From: Gemmatimonadales bacterium
GTDB taxonomy: Bacteria > Gemmatimonadota > Gemmatimonadetes > Gemmatimonadales > GWC2-71-9
Direction: 5' to 3'
Assembly: GCA_033764615.1 (NCBI GenBank)
Contig: JANRIU010000063.1
Location: 2,779 to 66,778, forward strand
DNA length: 64,000 bases
The translations under genes and the position numbers were made by a program. The number at the start of each line of letters is the position of its first letter. Positions within the stretch are counted from its first letter, which is position 1. A model generated the notes under the pieces. The model was not told the DNA's origin, did no database searches, and saw nothing but the letters and a program-made list of their open reading frames with translations. This document shows positions 36,897-49,542 of this stretch, in pieces.

Positions 36897-39814
36897 GACT
36901 GCCCCGCGTACGCCTCCATCGGCGGGCAGGTGCAGACGAGGTTGCGGTCGCCCCAGGCACCGTCGATGCGGGTGACGGCGGGCCACTGCTTGCGGAGGCG
37001 CGTCTCGGCGCTCGGGAACGCCGCCTCCTCGCGCGAGTACGGGCGGTCCCACGCGGTCGCGGCCACCTGCAGCAGCGTGTGCGGCGCGAGCCTCAGCACG
37101 TTGCGGTCGCGGTCGGCACGGCCGTCCTCGATCGCGCGGATCTCCTCGCGGATGGCGAGCATCGCGTCGCAGAAGCGGTCGAGCTCCTCCTTCGGCTCGC
37201 TCTCGGTCGGCTCGATCATCAGCGTGCCCGCCACGGGGAACGAGACCGTCGGCGGGTGGAAGCCGTAGTCGATGAGCCGCTTCGCGACGTCCTCGACGTC
37301 GATCCCGGCGGACGCCTTGAACGGCCGGAGGTCGATGATGCACTCGTGGGCGACGAGCCCCTGCGCGCCGGTGTAGAGCACCGGGTACGCGCCGGCGAGG
37401 CGCTTCGCGACGTAGTTGGCGGCGAGGATCGCCACCTTGCTGGCGAGTGCGAGGCCGTCGGGCCCCATGAGGCGGATGTAGGCCCACGAGATGGGGAGGA
37501 TCGAGGCGCTTCCCCACGGCGCCGCGGAGACGACGGCCTCGCCGCCGTCGCCGCCGACCGGGACCACCGGATGCGTGGGCAGGAACGGGGCCAGGCGCGG
37601 CGCGGCGCAGATCGGCCCCATGCCGGGACCGCCGCCGCCGTGCGGGATGCAGAACGTCTTGTGCAGGTTGATGTGGCAGACGTCGGCGCCGAAGTCGCCC
37701 GGGCGGCAGAGGCCGACCATCGCGTTGAGGTTGGCGCCGTCGAGGTAGACGAGCCCGCCCGCCTCATGGACGAGCGCGCACAGCTCGCGGATGCCGCCCT
37801 CGAAGACGCCGTAGGTCGACGGGTACGTCACCATCAGCGCCGCGACGCGGCCGGCGTGCTCCGCGAGCTTCGCGCGGAGGTCGTCGAGGTCGACGTCGCC
37901 ACGCTCGGCGTGCGTGCGCACGACCACCACCTCGAAGCCCGCCATGACGGCGCTGGCGGGATTGGTGCCGTGCGCCGACTGCGGGATGAGGCAGACGCGG
38001 CGGTGGTCCTCACCGCGCGACCGGTGCCACCCGCGGATGGCGAGGAGGCCGGCGTACTCGCCCTGGCTGCCCGCGTTGGGCTGGAGCGAGACGTGCGGCA
38101 GCCCGGTCACCTCGCCGAGCCACGCCTCGAGCTGGCGGAACAGCTCGTGGTAGCCGCGCGCCTGCTCGGGGGGGCAGAACGGGTGGAGCCGCTGGAAGCG
38201 CGGCCACGTGACGGGCGCGAGCTCGCTCGTGGCGTTGAGCTTCATCGTGCACGAGCCGAGCGGGATCATCGTGTGCGTGAGCGAGAAGTCGCGCGCCTCG
38301 AGCTCGCGCATGTAGCGGAGCATCGCCGTCTCGGAGCGGTTCCGGTGGAAGACCGGGTGCGTGAGGTACGGCGACGCGCGACGGAGCGCGGGCGGCAGGC
38401 GGTGCTCCGCGGCGCCGAGGCGCTCGGGCGTGCCGTGGCTGCCGAACGCGGCGAGGAGGTCGGCGAGGTCCTGCTCGCTCACCGTCTCGTCGAGGGCGAT
38501 GCCGAGGCGCGTGGGCCCGAGGTCGCGCACGTTGATGCGCCGCTCGCGCAGCGCGGCGTCGATCCCCCAGCGCCGGCTCGGCGCCACCTCGACGACGATC
38601 GTGTCGAACCAGTGCGCGTGCACGATGCGGTGGCCGAGCGCCTCGAGCCCCCTGGCGAGGCGGAGCGTGCGGCGGTGCACGCCGAGCGCGATGCGCTCCA
38701 GCCCCTCGGGGCCGTGGTACACCGCGTACATCCCCGCCATCACCGCGAGCAGCACCTGCGCCGTGCAGACGTTGCTGGTCGCCTTCTCGCGGCGGATGTG
38801 CTGCTCGCGCGTCTGGAGCGCCATGCGCAGGGCGAGGCGGCCGTCGCGGTCCTTCGAGACGCCGATGAGGCGGCCCGGCAGGTGCCGCTTGTGCTCGTCG
38901 CGCGTGGCGAAGAACGCCGCGTGCGGGCCGCCGAAGCCGAGCGGCACGCCGAAGCGCTGGGAGGAGCCGACGCAGATGTCGGCGCCCCACTCGCCGGGCG
39001 GCGTGAGCAGCGTGAGCGCCAGCAGGTCGGCGGCGGCGGTGACGAGCGCGCCGTGCGCGTGCGCCTGCACGCACAGCTCGCGGTAGTCCTCCACGGCGCC
39101 CTCGGTCGTCGGGTACTGCACCAGCGCGCCGATCACGTCGCCCCCGAAGCGGAACCCGGCCACCGGCCCCGTCACCACGCGGACGCCGCGCGCCTCGGCG
39201 CGAGTGCGCAGCACGGCGATCGTCTGCGGGTGGCAGCTGTCGGCGACGAGGAAGACGGGCGCGCGGCGCGGCGGCAGCACCGCGAGCGTGAGCGCCATCG
39301 CCTCCGCGGCCGCCGTCGCCTCGTCGAGCAGCGACGCGTTGGCCAGCGGGAGCCCCGTGAGGTCGCTCACCATCGTCTGGTAGTTGAGCAGCGCCTCGAG
39401 CCGCCCCTGCGAGATCTCGGGCTGGTACGGCGTGTACGCCGTGTACCAGCGCGGCGACTCGAGGATGTTGCGCGTGATCATCGGCGGCGTGAAGCAGTCG
39501 TGGTACCCCATGCCGATGAACGAGCGCCACACCTCGTTGCGCTTGCTGAGCTCCTGCAGCTCGCGGATCATCGCCACCTCGGTCTTCGCCGCGGGGATCG
39601 CGAGCGGCCGCCCGAGGCGGATCGGCTCGGGGATCGCCGCGTCCACCAGCGCGTCGAGCGAGCGGTGGCCGAGGAGCTCCAGCATGTCGGCGAGGTCGGT
39701 CGGCTGCGGGCCGATGTGGCGGGACGCGAACGGCACCGCGGCCAGGTGCGTCTCGCCGGGCTGCGCCGCCACCTCGCCGGTCGCGGCGTCGAACGTCTCC
39801 TTCACCGCGCCCAT
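36893..39814 (-). CDS. gcvP: glycine dehydrogenase (decarboxylating), single-chain P protein
   Basis: 973-aa full-length match, including [20 protein letters not shown] and the PLP-site region [16 protein letters not shown]. Confidence 0.95.
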   Translation of the reverse strand: MGAVKETFDAATGEVAAQPGETHLAAVPFASRHIGPQPTDLADMLELLGHRSLDALVDAAIPEPIRLGRPLAIPAAKTEVAMIRELQELSKRNEVWRSFIGMGYHDCFTPPMITRNILESPRWYTAYTPYQPEISQGRLEALLNYQTMVSDLTGLPLANASLLDEATAAAEAMALTLAVLPPRRAPVFLVADSCHPQTIAVLRTRAEARGVRVVTGPVAGFRFGGDVIGALVQYPTTEGAVEDYRELCVQAHAHGALVTAAADLLALTLLTPPGEWGADICVGSSQRFGVPLGFGGPHAAFFATRDEHKRHLPGRLIGVSKDRDGRLALRMALQTREQHIRREKATSNVCTAQVLLAVMAGMYAVYHGPEGLERIALGVHRRTLRLARGLEALGHRIVHAHWFDTIVVEVAPSRRWGIDAALRERRINVRDLGPTRLGIALDETVSEQDLADLLAAFGSHGTPERLGAAEHRLPPALRRASPYLTHPVFHRNRSETAMLRYMRELEARDFSLTHTMIPLGSCTMKLNATSELAPVTWPRFQRLHPFCPPEQARGYHELFRQLEAWLGEVTGLPHVSLQPNAGSQGEYAGLLAIRGWHRSRGEDHRRVCLIPQSAHGTNPASAVMAGFEVVVVRTHAERGDVDLDDLRAKLAEHAGRVAALMVTYPSTYGVFEGGIRELCALVHEAGGLVYLDGANLNAMVGLCRPGDFGADVCHINLHKTFCIPHGGGGPGMGPICAAPRLAPFLPTHPVVPVGGDGGEAVVSAAPWGSASILPISWAYIRLMGPDGLALASKVAILAANYVAKRLAGAYPVLYTGAQGLVAHECIIDLRPFKASAGIDVEDVAKRLIDYGFHPPTVSFPVAGTLMIEPTESEPKEELDRFCDAMLAIREEIRAIEDGRADRDRNVLRLAPHTLLQVAATAWDRPYSREEAAFPSAETRLRKQWPAVTRIDGAWGDRNLVCTCPPMEAYAGQS

Positions 39815-39815
39815 G

Positions 39816-40196
39816 TCACCCTCCCACGAGCGCGCGGTACTCGTCCGCGCTCTTCAGGGCCGCCGCCTGCGCGGGATCGGCCGGCCGGATCCGGAGCATC
39901 CAGCCCTCGCCGTAGCACGCCTGGTTCACCAGCTCCGGATGGTCCGCCAGGCCGGCGTTCACCCCCACCACCTCGCCGTCCACCGGCGCGACCAGCTCGC
40001 TCACCGACTTCACCGACTCCACCGTGCCGAACGGCGCCCCCGCGAACAGCCGCGTGCCGGGCTGCGGCAGGTCGACGTACACCACGTCGCCCAGCTGGTC
40101 CACCGCGAACGCGGTGATCCCCACCACCGCCTCCGCCCCCTCCGCGCGCAGCCACTCGTGGTCGGCGGTGTACCTGAGGTCGCTCGGGAACTCCAT
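39816..40196 (-). CDS. gcvH: glycine cleavage system H protein
   Basis: YTADHEWL and the lipoyl-Lys motif [13 protein letters not shown] at 40196. Confidence 0.92.
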   Translation of the reverse strand: MEFPSDLRYTADHEWLRAEGAEAVVGITAFAVDQLGDVVYVDLPQPGTRLFAGAPFGTVESVKSVSELVAPVDGEVVGVNAGLADHPELVNQACYGEGWMLRIRPADPAQAAALKSADEYRALVGG

Positions 40197-40215
40197 GATC
40201 GGTCTCCTGCCCCGT

Positions 40216-41321
40216 TCAGGCGGGGCGGCGATGGAACGGGGTGGACACCACGTCGGCGGCGACGGCCTGATCCCGGATCCGCACCTCCAGCCGCGAACCG
40301 GGCGCCGACACCTCCGCTGGAACATAGGCAAGCCCTATGGCCTGATTGAGCGTCGGACTCATCGTCCCGCTGGTGACGAGGCCGCACGCCTCGCCGCCCC
40401 GGCGGCAGACCGCGTACCCCGGCCGGGCGATGCCGCGGCCGGCGAGCCGGAGGCCGACCAGGCGGCGCGCGGGCGCGTCGGCGCCGGGCGCCTCGAGCGC
40501 GGCGCGACCGACGTAGTCGCCCGGCTTGTCGCGCTTCACGAGCCGGCCGAGGCCCGCCTCGAACGGCGTCGTGGTGGCGTCGAGCTCCTGGCCGTAGAGC
40601 GGCATCGCGGCCTCGAGGCGCAGCGTGTCGCGCGCGGCGAGACCGCAGGGGACGAGGCCGTGCGGCCGGCCGGCGGCGAGGAGCGCGTCCCACACGGCCG
40701 GCGCGGCATCCCAGTCGACCGCGATCTCGAAGCCGTCCTCGCCGGTGTAGCCGGTGCGCATCACCCACGCCGCATGACCGGCCACCTGCCCGGCCGTGAT
40801 GGCGTAGTAGCGGAGCGCCGCGGGGTCGGGGACGCACGCCGCGGCGACGATGGCGGCGGCGCGCGGCCCCTGCACGGCGATGAGCGCGGTGCGGCCGCCG
40901 GCGTCGTCCACGAGCGCATCATGCCCCACCGCGCGCGCCGCGAGCTCGGCGGCGACTCGGTCGGCGTTCGCCGCGTTCGCGACGACGAGCCACCGCTCGG
41001 CGTCGAGGCGGTACACGATGAGGTCGTCGAGGACGCCGCCAGCGTCGTTGAGCAGCAGCGTGTACTGCGCGCGCCCGTCCGCGAGGCGGCGCGGGTCGGT
41101 GAGGAGCGCGTAGGCGAGCGCGTCGCCCGCGCCGGGGCCCGTCACCCAGAGCTCGCCCATGTGCGAGAGGTCGAACAGCCCCGCCGACGCGCGAACGGCC
41201 CGGTGCTCCTCGAGCACCGAGCCGTACTGGAGCGGCATGCGCCAGCCCGCGAACGGGGTGAAGCGCGCGCCGAGCGCGGCGTGCGCCGCGGCGAGCGGGG
41301 TCTCGCGGAGCGGCGCGTCGG

Positions 41322-41325
<4 letters not shown>
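40216..41325 (-). CDS. gcvT: glycine cleavage system aminomethyltransferase T
   Basis: FAGWRMPLQY, GLFDLSHMG and TGYTGEDGFEI motifs. ATGA overlap with pruA. Confidence 0.92.
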
Positions 41326-42940
<1,615 letters not shown>

Positions 42941-42944
<4 letters not shown>

Positions 42945-43924
42945 GGGAACACTCCGAGCGGCGCGGGCCCGACGGGCGCGATGGGCCACATCACGTCCAG
43001 GCCGTTGCGGGTGAGGATCGCGCGCCCCTCGGGCGAGAAGAGGAAGCGCGTGAACGCCTTCGCCGCCTCCGGGTTGGGCGCGCGGCGCGGGATGGTGAAG
43101 CCGTAGGCGATCGGCTCGCCGGTGAGCGTGAGCGTCGTCCCCTTCGGCCCGCGCACCTTCACGAGCGCGAGGGAATACTGCCGGGCGAGGCGCGACTCCG
43201 AGAGGTCGACCGCGGGGCCGAGGCGCAGCATGCGGAGCCCGGGCGTGACGCCGGCGATGGAGGCGTAGCTCCACGCGTAGTCGAGCTCGCCGGCCTGCAG
43301 CAGCGCGATGAGGTCGGCCTCCTTCGGCCGCATGTACTTCGGTGGCATCGCGCGCTCGAGCTGCAGCCCGAGCCCGATCTCGCCCGTGGCGGCCTCGAGC
43401 AGCTGCAGCACCATGAGCGTGCGGTAGCCGTTCGGGTCGAGCGCGGGGTCGGAGCGGCCGGTGCGCACGTCCGGCCGCGTCAGCACGCGCCACCAGTTGT
43501 CCTGGCGGATCTCGCGCGCGTACTTCGACCGGTCGGTGTAGGCGAGCACCATCGCATTCCTCGCGAAGACGGCGTGCCACGAGGCGTGCTCGGGCTCGAG
43601 CAGGCGGGGGATGAGCTGGTAGTCGGCGAGGAGCACCACGTCGGGCACCTTGCCGAGGTCGGTGATCTTCCGCACCGTCTCGAGCGACCCGGCGTTCTCC
43701 TGCCGCGTGTCCACCTTCGGGAAGCGCGCCTTGAACGCCTTCAGCACCTCGCCCACCGGCCGCGCGAGCGAGCCCGCGTTGAACACCGTGAGCGGGCCCT
43801 GCTGCGCGAGGGCGGACGGGCGGTCCGGCGGACTGGCGGACAGCAGCGCGACGAGCGGCAGCAGCCGGCGGAGCAGCGCGCCCCCGGTCCGCCCGTCCGA
43901 CCGTCCGCCCGTCCGCCCCTTCAC
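42941..43924 (-). CDS. periplasmic substrate-binding protein, ModA/WtpA (molybdate/tungstate)-like
   Basis: LTVFNAGSL, ENAGSLE, DVVLLADY and DPALDPNGYRT resemble oxyanion-binding PBPs. The only canonical start is a GTG overlapping the upstream stop (GTGA), so the N-terminal KGRTGGRSDGRTGG is encoded by the repeat arm. Confidence 0.7.
43809..43918. repeat. octamer inverted-repeat element D, between the prolyl oligopeptidase stop and the binding-protein signal peptide
   Basis: Left arm gggcggacgggcggtccggcggactggcggac (43809-43840). Right arm ggtccgcccgtccgaccgtccgcccgtccgccc (43886-43918). Confidence 0.8.
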
Positions 43925-46065
43925 GGCACCGGCGCCGTCACGCCCAGGTTGGCGAGCGTGAACGCATAGAGGTCGGCCGTCTCCTCGATCACCTTGCCCG
44001 TCGGCTTGCCGCCGCCGTGGCCGGCCTTCGTCTCGATGCGGATGAGCGCGGGCCGCCGGCCGGCCGACGCCGCCTGCAGCGCCGCCGCGAACTTGAAGCT
44101 GTGCCCCGGCACCACGCGATCGTCGTGGTCGGCGGTGGTGACGAGCGTGGCCGGGTAGTCGGTCCCCGGCTTCAGGTTGTGCAGCGGCGAGTACTTCGCG
44201 AGGTACGGGAACTGGCTCGCGCTGTCGGCGCTGCCGTACTCGGGCACCCAGCCCCAGCCCACCGTGAAGCGGTGGTAGCGCAGCATGTCCATCACGCCCA
44301 CCGCGAGGAGCGCCACGCCGAACAGCTCGGGCCGCTGCGTCATCACCGCGCCGACGAGCAGCCCGCCGTTCGACCCGCCCTGGATCGCGAGCCGCCGCGG
44401 GTTCGTGTAGCCCTCGCGCACGAGGTACTCCGCCGCGCCGATGAAGTCGTCGAAGACGTTCTGCTTGCGGTCGAGCATGCCGGCCTGGTGCCACCGCTCG
44501 CCGTACTCGCTCCCGCCCCGCAGGTTCGGCACGGCGTACAGCCCGCCCTGCTCCATCCACACGATGCGCGCCGGCGAGAACGACGGCAGCACGTTCACGT
44601 TGAAGCCGCCATACGCATACAGCAGCGTCGGCGTCACGCCCTCCCGCGGGAGCCCCTTCCGCCCCGTGATGAACATCGGGACGCGCGTCCCGTCCTTCGA
44701 CGTGTAGAACACCTGCGTCGTCTCGAACGCCGACGGGTCGAAGTCCACCGTCGGCGCCTTGAAGACGCGCGTGCGGCCGGTCACGAGGTCGAGGCGGAAG
44801 ATCGTCGTGGGGTAGAGGAACGACGAGAAGCCGAAGAACAGCTCGCGGTCGCCGCGCTTCGCGCTCACGCCGCCCACCGCGCCGATGCCCGGCAGCGCCA
44901 CGTCCGGCAGCGGCTTCCCCGCCAGCGTCACGCGGCGGATCACCGACTTCACGTCGCTCAGGTAGCCGATGACGAACTGGTCGCCGACGAGCGCCGCGAA
45001 CTGGATCGGCTCCTGCCGCTCGGGCACGATCTCCTGCCACGCCGACGGCTCGGGGCGGCCGAGCTCGATCGCCACGATCCGCTTGTTGGGCGCGCCCTGG
45101 TCGGTCGAGAAGTAGAAGCGCGTGCCGTCGTTGCCGAGCACGTCGTACGCGGCGTCGAACGCCTCGAGGAACGGGCGCACCGGCTGGTCGAGCCGCGGCG
45201 CCTTCGGGTCGCGCAGGTCCAGCACGTACACGCGGTCCCGCCGGTCGGTCCCCTCGTTGGCGTAGATGAGCAGGTACCGGCCGTCCTCGGTCAGCGTCGC
45301 GCGGATGTACCACAGCGGCTGGTCGGGCCGCTCGTAGATCAGCCGGTCGGCCGACTGGGGGTCGCCGAGGCGGTGGTACCAGACCTGCTGGTTCCGCGTC
45401 TGCGCGCTCATCCCCTTGCCGTCGGCCGGCGCGGGGAAGCGCGAGTAGAAGAAGCCCTTGCCGTCCTTCGTCCATTCCGCGGCCGAGAACTTGAGCCAGC
45501 GGAGCACGTCGGGGCGGTCCTGCCCCGTGCGCACGTCGCGGACGCGCAGCTCCTGCCAGTCCGAGCCCGACGCCGAGCGGCCCCACGCCAGTAGCGAAGC
45601 ATCGGGGCTCGGCGAGAGGTTCGTGAGCGCCACGGTGCCGTCGGACGAGAGCGTGTTGGGGTCGATCAGCACGCGCGGCGTGCCGGCGAGCCCGCGCTGC
45701 ACGTACAGCACCGACTGGTTCTGGAGCCCGTCGTTCCGGCTGTAGAAGTAGGTGCCGGCCTCCGAGAAGGGGACGCCGTACCGCTCGTAGTTCCAGAGCT
45801 TCGTGAGCCGCTCGCGCAGCGCCTGGCGGCGCGGGAGGCGCGCGAGGTAGTCGAACGTGACCGCGTTCTGCGCCGTCACCCACTCGGCGGTGGGCGCCCC
45901 GTCCTGGTCCTCCAGCCACCGGTACGGGTCGGCGACCTTCGTGCCGTGGTAGTCGTCCACCTGCTCCACCTGGCGCGTCGGCGGCGGCGTCGGCACGGGG
46001 ATCTGCGCCGCGAGCGGCGGCGCGAGCAGGACGGCGGCGGCGGCGAGTGACGGGAGGCGGACCAT
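43921..46065 (-). CDS. prolyl oligopeptidase (S9A family), secreted
   Basis: Signal peptide, DPYRWLED, a beta-propeller region, and a catalytic domain with GGSNGGLL and HGGG. Confidence 0.9.
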   Translation of the reverse strand: MVRLPSLAAAAVLLAPPLAAQIPVPTPPPTRQVEQVDDYHGTKVADPYRWLEDQDGAPTAEWVTAQNAVTFDYLARLPRRQALRERLTKLWNYERYGVPFSEAGTYFYSRNDGLQNQSVLYVQRGLAGTPRVLIDPNTLSSDGTVALTNLSPSPDASLLAWGRSASGSDWQELRVRDVRTGQDRPDVLRWLKFSAAEWTKDGKGFFYSRFPAPADGKGMSAQTRNQQVWYHRLGDPQSADRLIYERPDQPLWYIRATLTEDGRYLLIYANEGTDRRDRVYVLDLRDPKAPRLDQPVRPFLEAFDAAYDVLGNDGTRFYFSTDQGAPNKRIVAIELGRPEPSAWQEIVPERQEPIQFAALVGDQFVIGYLSDVKSVIRRVTLAGKPLPDVALPGIGAVGGVSAKRGDRELFFGFSSFLYPTTIFRLDLVTGRTRVFKAPTVDFDPSAFETTQVFYTSKDGTRVPMFITGRKGLPREGVTPTLLYAYGGFNVNVLPSFSPARIVWMEQGGLYAVPNLRGGSEYGERWHQAGMLDRKQNVFDDFIGAAEYLVREGYTNPRRLAIQGGSNGGLLVGAVMTQRPELFGVALLAVGVMDMLRYHRFTVGWGWVPEYGSADSASQFPYLAKYSPLHNLKPGTDYPATLVTTADHDDRVVPGHSFKFAAALQAASAGRRPALIRIETKAGHGGGKPTGKVIEETADLYAFTLANLGVTAPVP

Positions 46066-46138
46066 GACGGGTGACCTCGGGGCGGAGCACGGCGGGCGGG
46101 GTGGTCGAGCCAAGATAGCCCCCTCCCGTACCCCGGTG

Positions 46139-46144
46139 TATACT
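46139..46144 (+). promoter_or_regulatory. candidate -10 box (GGTG-TATACT) for the lipoprotein-cutA-yip1 operon
   Basis: TATACT preceded by CGGTG lies 52 nt upstream of the ATG at 46196. The same CGGTGTAyA context occurs at 9563-9572. Confidence 0.25.
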
Positions 46145-46195
46145 CTTCGCCGCTTTGTGCCACCGGACCCTCGGCATCGACAGGACCCGACTCGC

Positions 46196-46576
46196 ATGCG
46201 CCTCTTCCTGACCGCCCTCGTCGCCACCGTCGCCCTCGCCGGCTGCCGTCGATACGAGCAGTGGCCCGCGCTCGCCGACCAGGACGGCCTGATGAACGCC
46301 GACCAGTACGCCGGCTACGGCGCCGAGCAGGCGCAGAAGATCGCCATGGGGCGGAAGCTCGCCGAGCTGTACCAGGGCGACAGCTGGGAGGCCCGGGCGA
46401 AGCAGGTGGAGCAGGCGGTCGCCTACGCGAAGTCGCTGCCGGACGTCGCCGACGTGAAGGCCGACACCACCGGCTACTGGCTCACCGTGAAGTTCAAGAG
46501 CGGCTGGCGCGCGGCCGTCCTGCCGATCAAGGACGGGGTCGCGGCCGACGCGACGCCGGGCCTGACGAAGAAGTGA
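46196..46576 (+). CDS. hypothetical lipoprotein
   Basis: Lipobox VALAGC after a short signal peptide. GC3-rich. Confidence 0.55.
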   Translation: MRLFLTALVATVALAGCRRYEQWPALADQDGLMNADQYAGYGAEQAQKIAMGRKLAELYQGDSWEARAKQVEQAVAYAKSLPDVADVKADTTGYWLTVKFKSGWRAAVLPIKDGVAADATPGLTKK

Positions 46577-46911
46577 GCGGGCTGGCCCCGGCGACCACGG
46601 TCGTCGAGGTCGTCACCACCCTGCCCGACCGTGCGGCGGCCGAAGCGATGGCCGCCGCGCTCGTTTCCGGGCGCCTCGCCGCGTGCGTGCAGGTGGACGG
46701 CCCCGTCCGCTCGGTCTACCGGTGGCAGGGCGCCGTCGAGTCCGCCGAGGAGTGGCGGCTCACCTGCAAGACGGCGCACACGCGCCTCGAGGCGCTGGCC
46801 GACACCATCCGTGCGCGCCACCCGTACGACGTGCCCGAGCTGCTGGTCCGCCCGCTGCTCGCGGGCGGCGCCGCATACGTGCAATGGATCCTCGACGAGA
46901 CGACGCCATGA
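46573..46911 (+). CDS. cutA: divalent-cation tolerance protein CutA
   Basis: LAACVQ, SVYRWQG.VE...E and HPYDVPE motifs. GTGA overlap with the upstream gene. Confidence 0.8.
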   Translation: MSGLAPATTVVEVVTTLPDRAAAEAMAAALVSGRLAACVQVDGPVRSVYRWQGAVESAEEWRLTCKTAHTRLEALADTIRARHPYDVPELLVRPLLAGGAAYVQWILDETTP

Positions 46912-47720
46912 CCGACTTCAACCCGGCGGACCGGGCGCCCAGGCCGCCGGTGCCGACACCGCCCCCGCCCCCCGGGCCCCCGGCCCCCGGCGCCGAGCCC
47001 TTGCCCCCCCCCGACGCCCCGCCCGGCCCCGGCGACTTCCTCGAGCTCTTCTGGGCGCCGACCGACGTCTTCCGCCGCCGGCGCGACGCGGGCTTCGGCC
47101 TGCCGCTCCTCGTCCTCACCGTGCTGTTCGTCGCGCTGTACTACCTCACGCTGCCGGCCGCGCAGGCGGTGTGGGACGCGGAGTTCGCCAAGGGGATGCA
47201 GCAGGCGCTGGCGGACAACCCGCAGCTCAAGCCGGAGCAGCTGGACGCGATGAAGGGGGTCCAGCAGAAGTTCGCGGGAGCGATCTTCGCCGTCTCCGTC
47301 CCCCTGATCGCGCTCTGCCTCGGCCTCACCGTCTGGCTCGCCGGGTCGCTCGTCGGGGCGAAGCAGACGTTCACGCAGGCGGCGAACCTGGCGACGCTTG
47401 CCTATTTCCCGCGCCTGCTCGAGTTCCTTGCGAACGCGGTGCAGGGCGTCCTGCTCGACGACGCGGCGATCGCCGGCGTCGAGTCGGTGAACCTCGGCGT
47501 CGCGCGCCTGCTGCCGGCCGGCAGCGACGCCGCGCTGCTCGCGTTCTGCGGCCGGATCGACCTGTTCACGCTGTGGGTGACGGCGCTCATCGCGCTCGGG
47601 CTCGTGGCGATGACGAAGGGCCGCGTCCGCGCCCCGCAGGCGTGGCTCGCGGCCGGCCTCGTCTGGTTCGTCGGCGCGCTGCCGCGCGTGCTGCCGCCGC
47701 TGCTGCGCGGCATGGAGTGA
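46908..47720 (+). CDS. Yip1-domain membrane protein with Pro-rich N-terminus
   Basis: Five hydrophobic segments and a Yip1-like organisation. ATGA overlap with cutA. Confidence 0.6.
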   Translation: MTDFNPADRAPRPPVPTPPPPPGPPAPGAEPLPPPDAPPGPGDFLELFWAPTDVFRRRRDAGFGLPLLVLTVLFVALYYLTLPAAQAVWDAEFAKGMQQALADNPQLKPEQLDAMKGVQQKFAGAIFAVSVPLIALCLGLTVWLAGSLVGAKQTFTQAANLATLAYFPRLLEFLANAVQGVLLDDAAIAGVESVNLGVARLLPAGSDAALLAFCGRIDLFTLWVTALIALGLVAMTKGRVRAPQAWLAAGLVWFVGALPRVLPPLLRGME

Positions 47721-47733
47721 GCCGGGCGGCGCC

Positions 47734-49497
47734 TCACGGCACCGCCACGCCCCCCATCCGCTCCACCCCGCCCATGTGATCGGCCATCATCGCCCAGTGC
47801 GCGGCGTCGATGGTGTCGCGGTCGCCGCGCTGGAAGGCGTCGAGCTGGCGCCGGATCTCCGCGCCCTTCTCCCGCCGCGGCACGCGCGGGTCGACGAGCA
47901 CGTCCGAGATGATGTCGTGCATCATGTGCAGGTTGTCGAAGATCATTGCTGCGCGCGGGTGCCGCGCGGCGAAGCGCGGCGCGACGGCCGCGGTCATCGG
48001 CATCACCGACGGCAGCGCCGTGGAGTCGCCATCCACCATCACGAGGAAGCGCCGCACCACGTCGTCCACCAGCCGCCGCTGCGCCGCCGTGTCGGCCGTC
48101 GCGAGGAACGGCTCGTACAGCCCCACCTGCAGCCAGTGGTACGCCCAGATGAGGCCGTTGAAGCGCGGGTAGCCGCGGCGGAACGACTGGCTGAACGGCT
48201 GCTCGTCCATCAGCTCCATCGCCTTCGGTTCCGGCGTGAACGCGTCGCGCACGTTGGCGAGGTAGTGGTCCGTGAGCCGCTCGATCTCCGCGGCGCGCGC
48301 CGAGTCGGAGCGCCCCGGCTCGGCGTAGATGTCGTAGATCTGCCGGTGCAGCACGTGCGCCCAGTCGAACATCCGTGCCGCGCGGTACGCGATGCGGTCG
48401 TACGCCGGGAAGACCGCCTCCTCCGCCACCGGCAGTGCCGGGGGCCGGCGCAGAAGGTCGGTGGCGAGGAAGGCGTACTCCGCGCTGTCGAGCGCGGCGC
48501 GCGGCAGGCCGGGCTCGTTCCAGAGCCGCTCGTAGAGGATCGCGTGCCCGTAGTCGAACGCGTTGAACAGCCGCGCGGCATCGGGGAAGCGGCGGAGGAA
48601 CGCCCAGTTGAACGCGCCCGCCGGGTACATCCGGTCGTCGTGCACGACGACGGCCGGCTCGCTGGCGGGCGGCGTGGCGGCGCCGCGCTGGCGCGGGCGC
48701 GGCCCGAGACGCTGCGTCGGCCAGCTCCACGCGAGGCCCGCCGTGACACCCAGGTCGGGGCCGGTGGCGCGGAGCCGGCGCGTCACGCCGGCATCGAGCA
48801 CGACGTGCGGATCGAGCTGCCAGCGGAGCCCCGCACCGACGTTCACCTGCACCGGCGCCCCGTCGACGGGCCGCGTGGCGATCGCCTCCGCGCCGATGAG
48901 CAGCGCGCGACGCCAGAGCGTGTGGTCGACCGCGAGCGAGGTCGTCCAGCGGTGCGGCGCCTCCAGCGGGAGGCCGGCCGCGGTCCCCGCGCCGAACGTC
49001 CACGCCGCGTTCACGTGCACGCGTGACGCGCCCAGCGAGCGCGTCGCGATCCCCTTGAGCTGCGCCGTCACGCGCCGCCCGCCGACCACGCCACCGAGCG
49101 GCACGCCGACGTCGGCGCGGACGCTGAGCGCCGGCAGCGTCGCCGACTCGCCCCGCAGGTTGGCGAAGGCGAGCAGCTCGGCGGACGCGGGCCCCCACCG
49201 CCGGAGCGAGGCGGGGGACTCGGCGGTGACCAGCGGCAGCTTGAGGCCGAGGTGCCCGCCGCGGAACGCGCCCCACATGAGCTCGGGGAAGGCGGCGACC
49301 TGCGCGGCCGCGCCGCGCGACCGGTCGGCGCGGAGCGGCAGCATCAGCTCGAGCGCGCCGCGCTCGATCGGCAGCGCATCCTCGGTGAGGAGCGGCCGGT
49401 CGTCGTCGAGGTTGCGATAGTCCTTCTGGGCGGCAGCGGGCGTGGCGAGGCACGCGAGCCCGGCCGCGAGCGCCCAGCGGGCGCGCGGGTACGGCAT
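47734..49497 (-). CDS. hypothetical secreted protein: N-terminal beta-barrel-like half fused to a helical C-terminal half
   Basis: Signal peptide LACLATPAAAQ. Residues ~25-280 show alternating beta-strand patterns. Residues ~290-587 are His/Trp/Arg-rich and helical, with no family recognised. Confidence 0.6.
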   Translation of the reverse strand: MPYPRARWALAAGLACLATPAAAQKDYRNLDDDRPLLTEDALPIERGALELMLPLRADRSRGAAAQVAAFPELMWGAFRGGHLGLKLPLVTAESPASLRRWGPASAELLAFANLRGESATLPALSVRADVGVPLGGVVGGRRVTAQLKGIATRSLGASRVHVNAAWTFGAGTAAGLPLEAPHRWTTSLAVDHTLWRRALLIGAEAIATRPVDGAPVQVNVGAGLRWQLDPHVVLDAGVTRRLRATGPDLGVTAGLAWSWPTQRLGPRPRQRGAATPPASEPAVVVHDDRMYPAGAFNWAFLRRFPDAARLFNAFDYGHAILYERLWNEPGLPRAALDSAEYAFLATDLLRRPPALPVAEEAVFPAYDRIAYRAARMFDWAHVLHRQIYDIYAEPGRSDSARAAEIERLTDHYLANVRDAFTPEPKAMELMDEQPFSQSFRRGYPRFNGLIWAYHWLQVGLYEPFLATADTAAQRRLVDDVVRRFLVMVDGDSTALPSVMPMTAAVAPRFAARHPRAAMIFDNLHMMHDIISDVLVDPRVPRREKGAEIRRQLDAFQRGDRDTIDAAHWAMMADHMGGVERMGGVAVP

Positions 49498-49542
49498 CGA
49501 TCGGCTCCATCGTCGTCTGGGTCGGGCGGAACGGCACGGACG

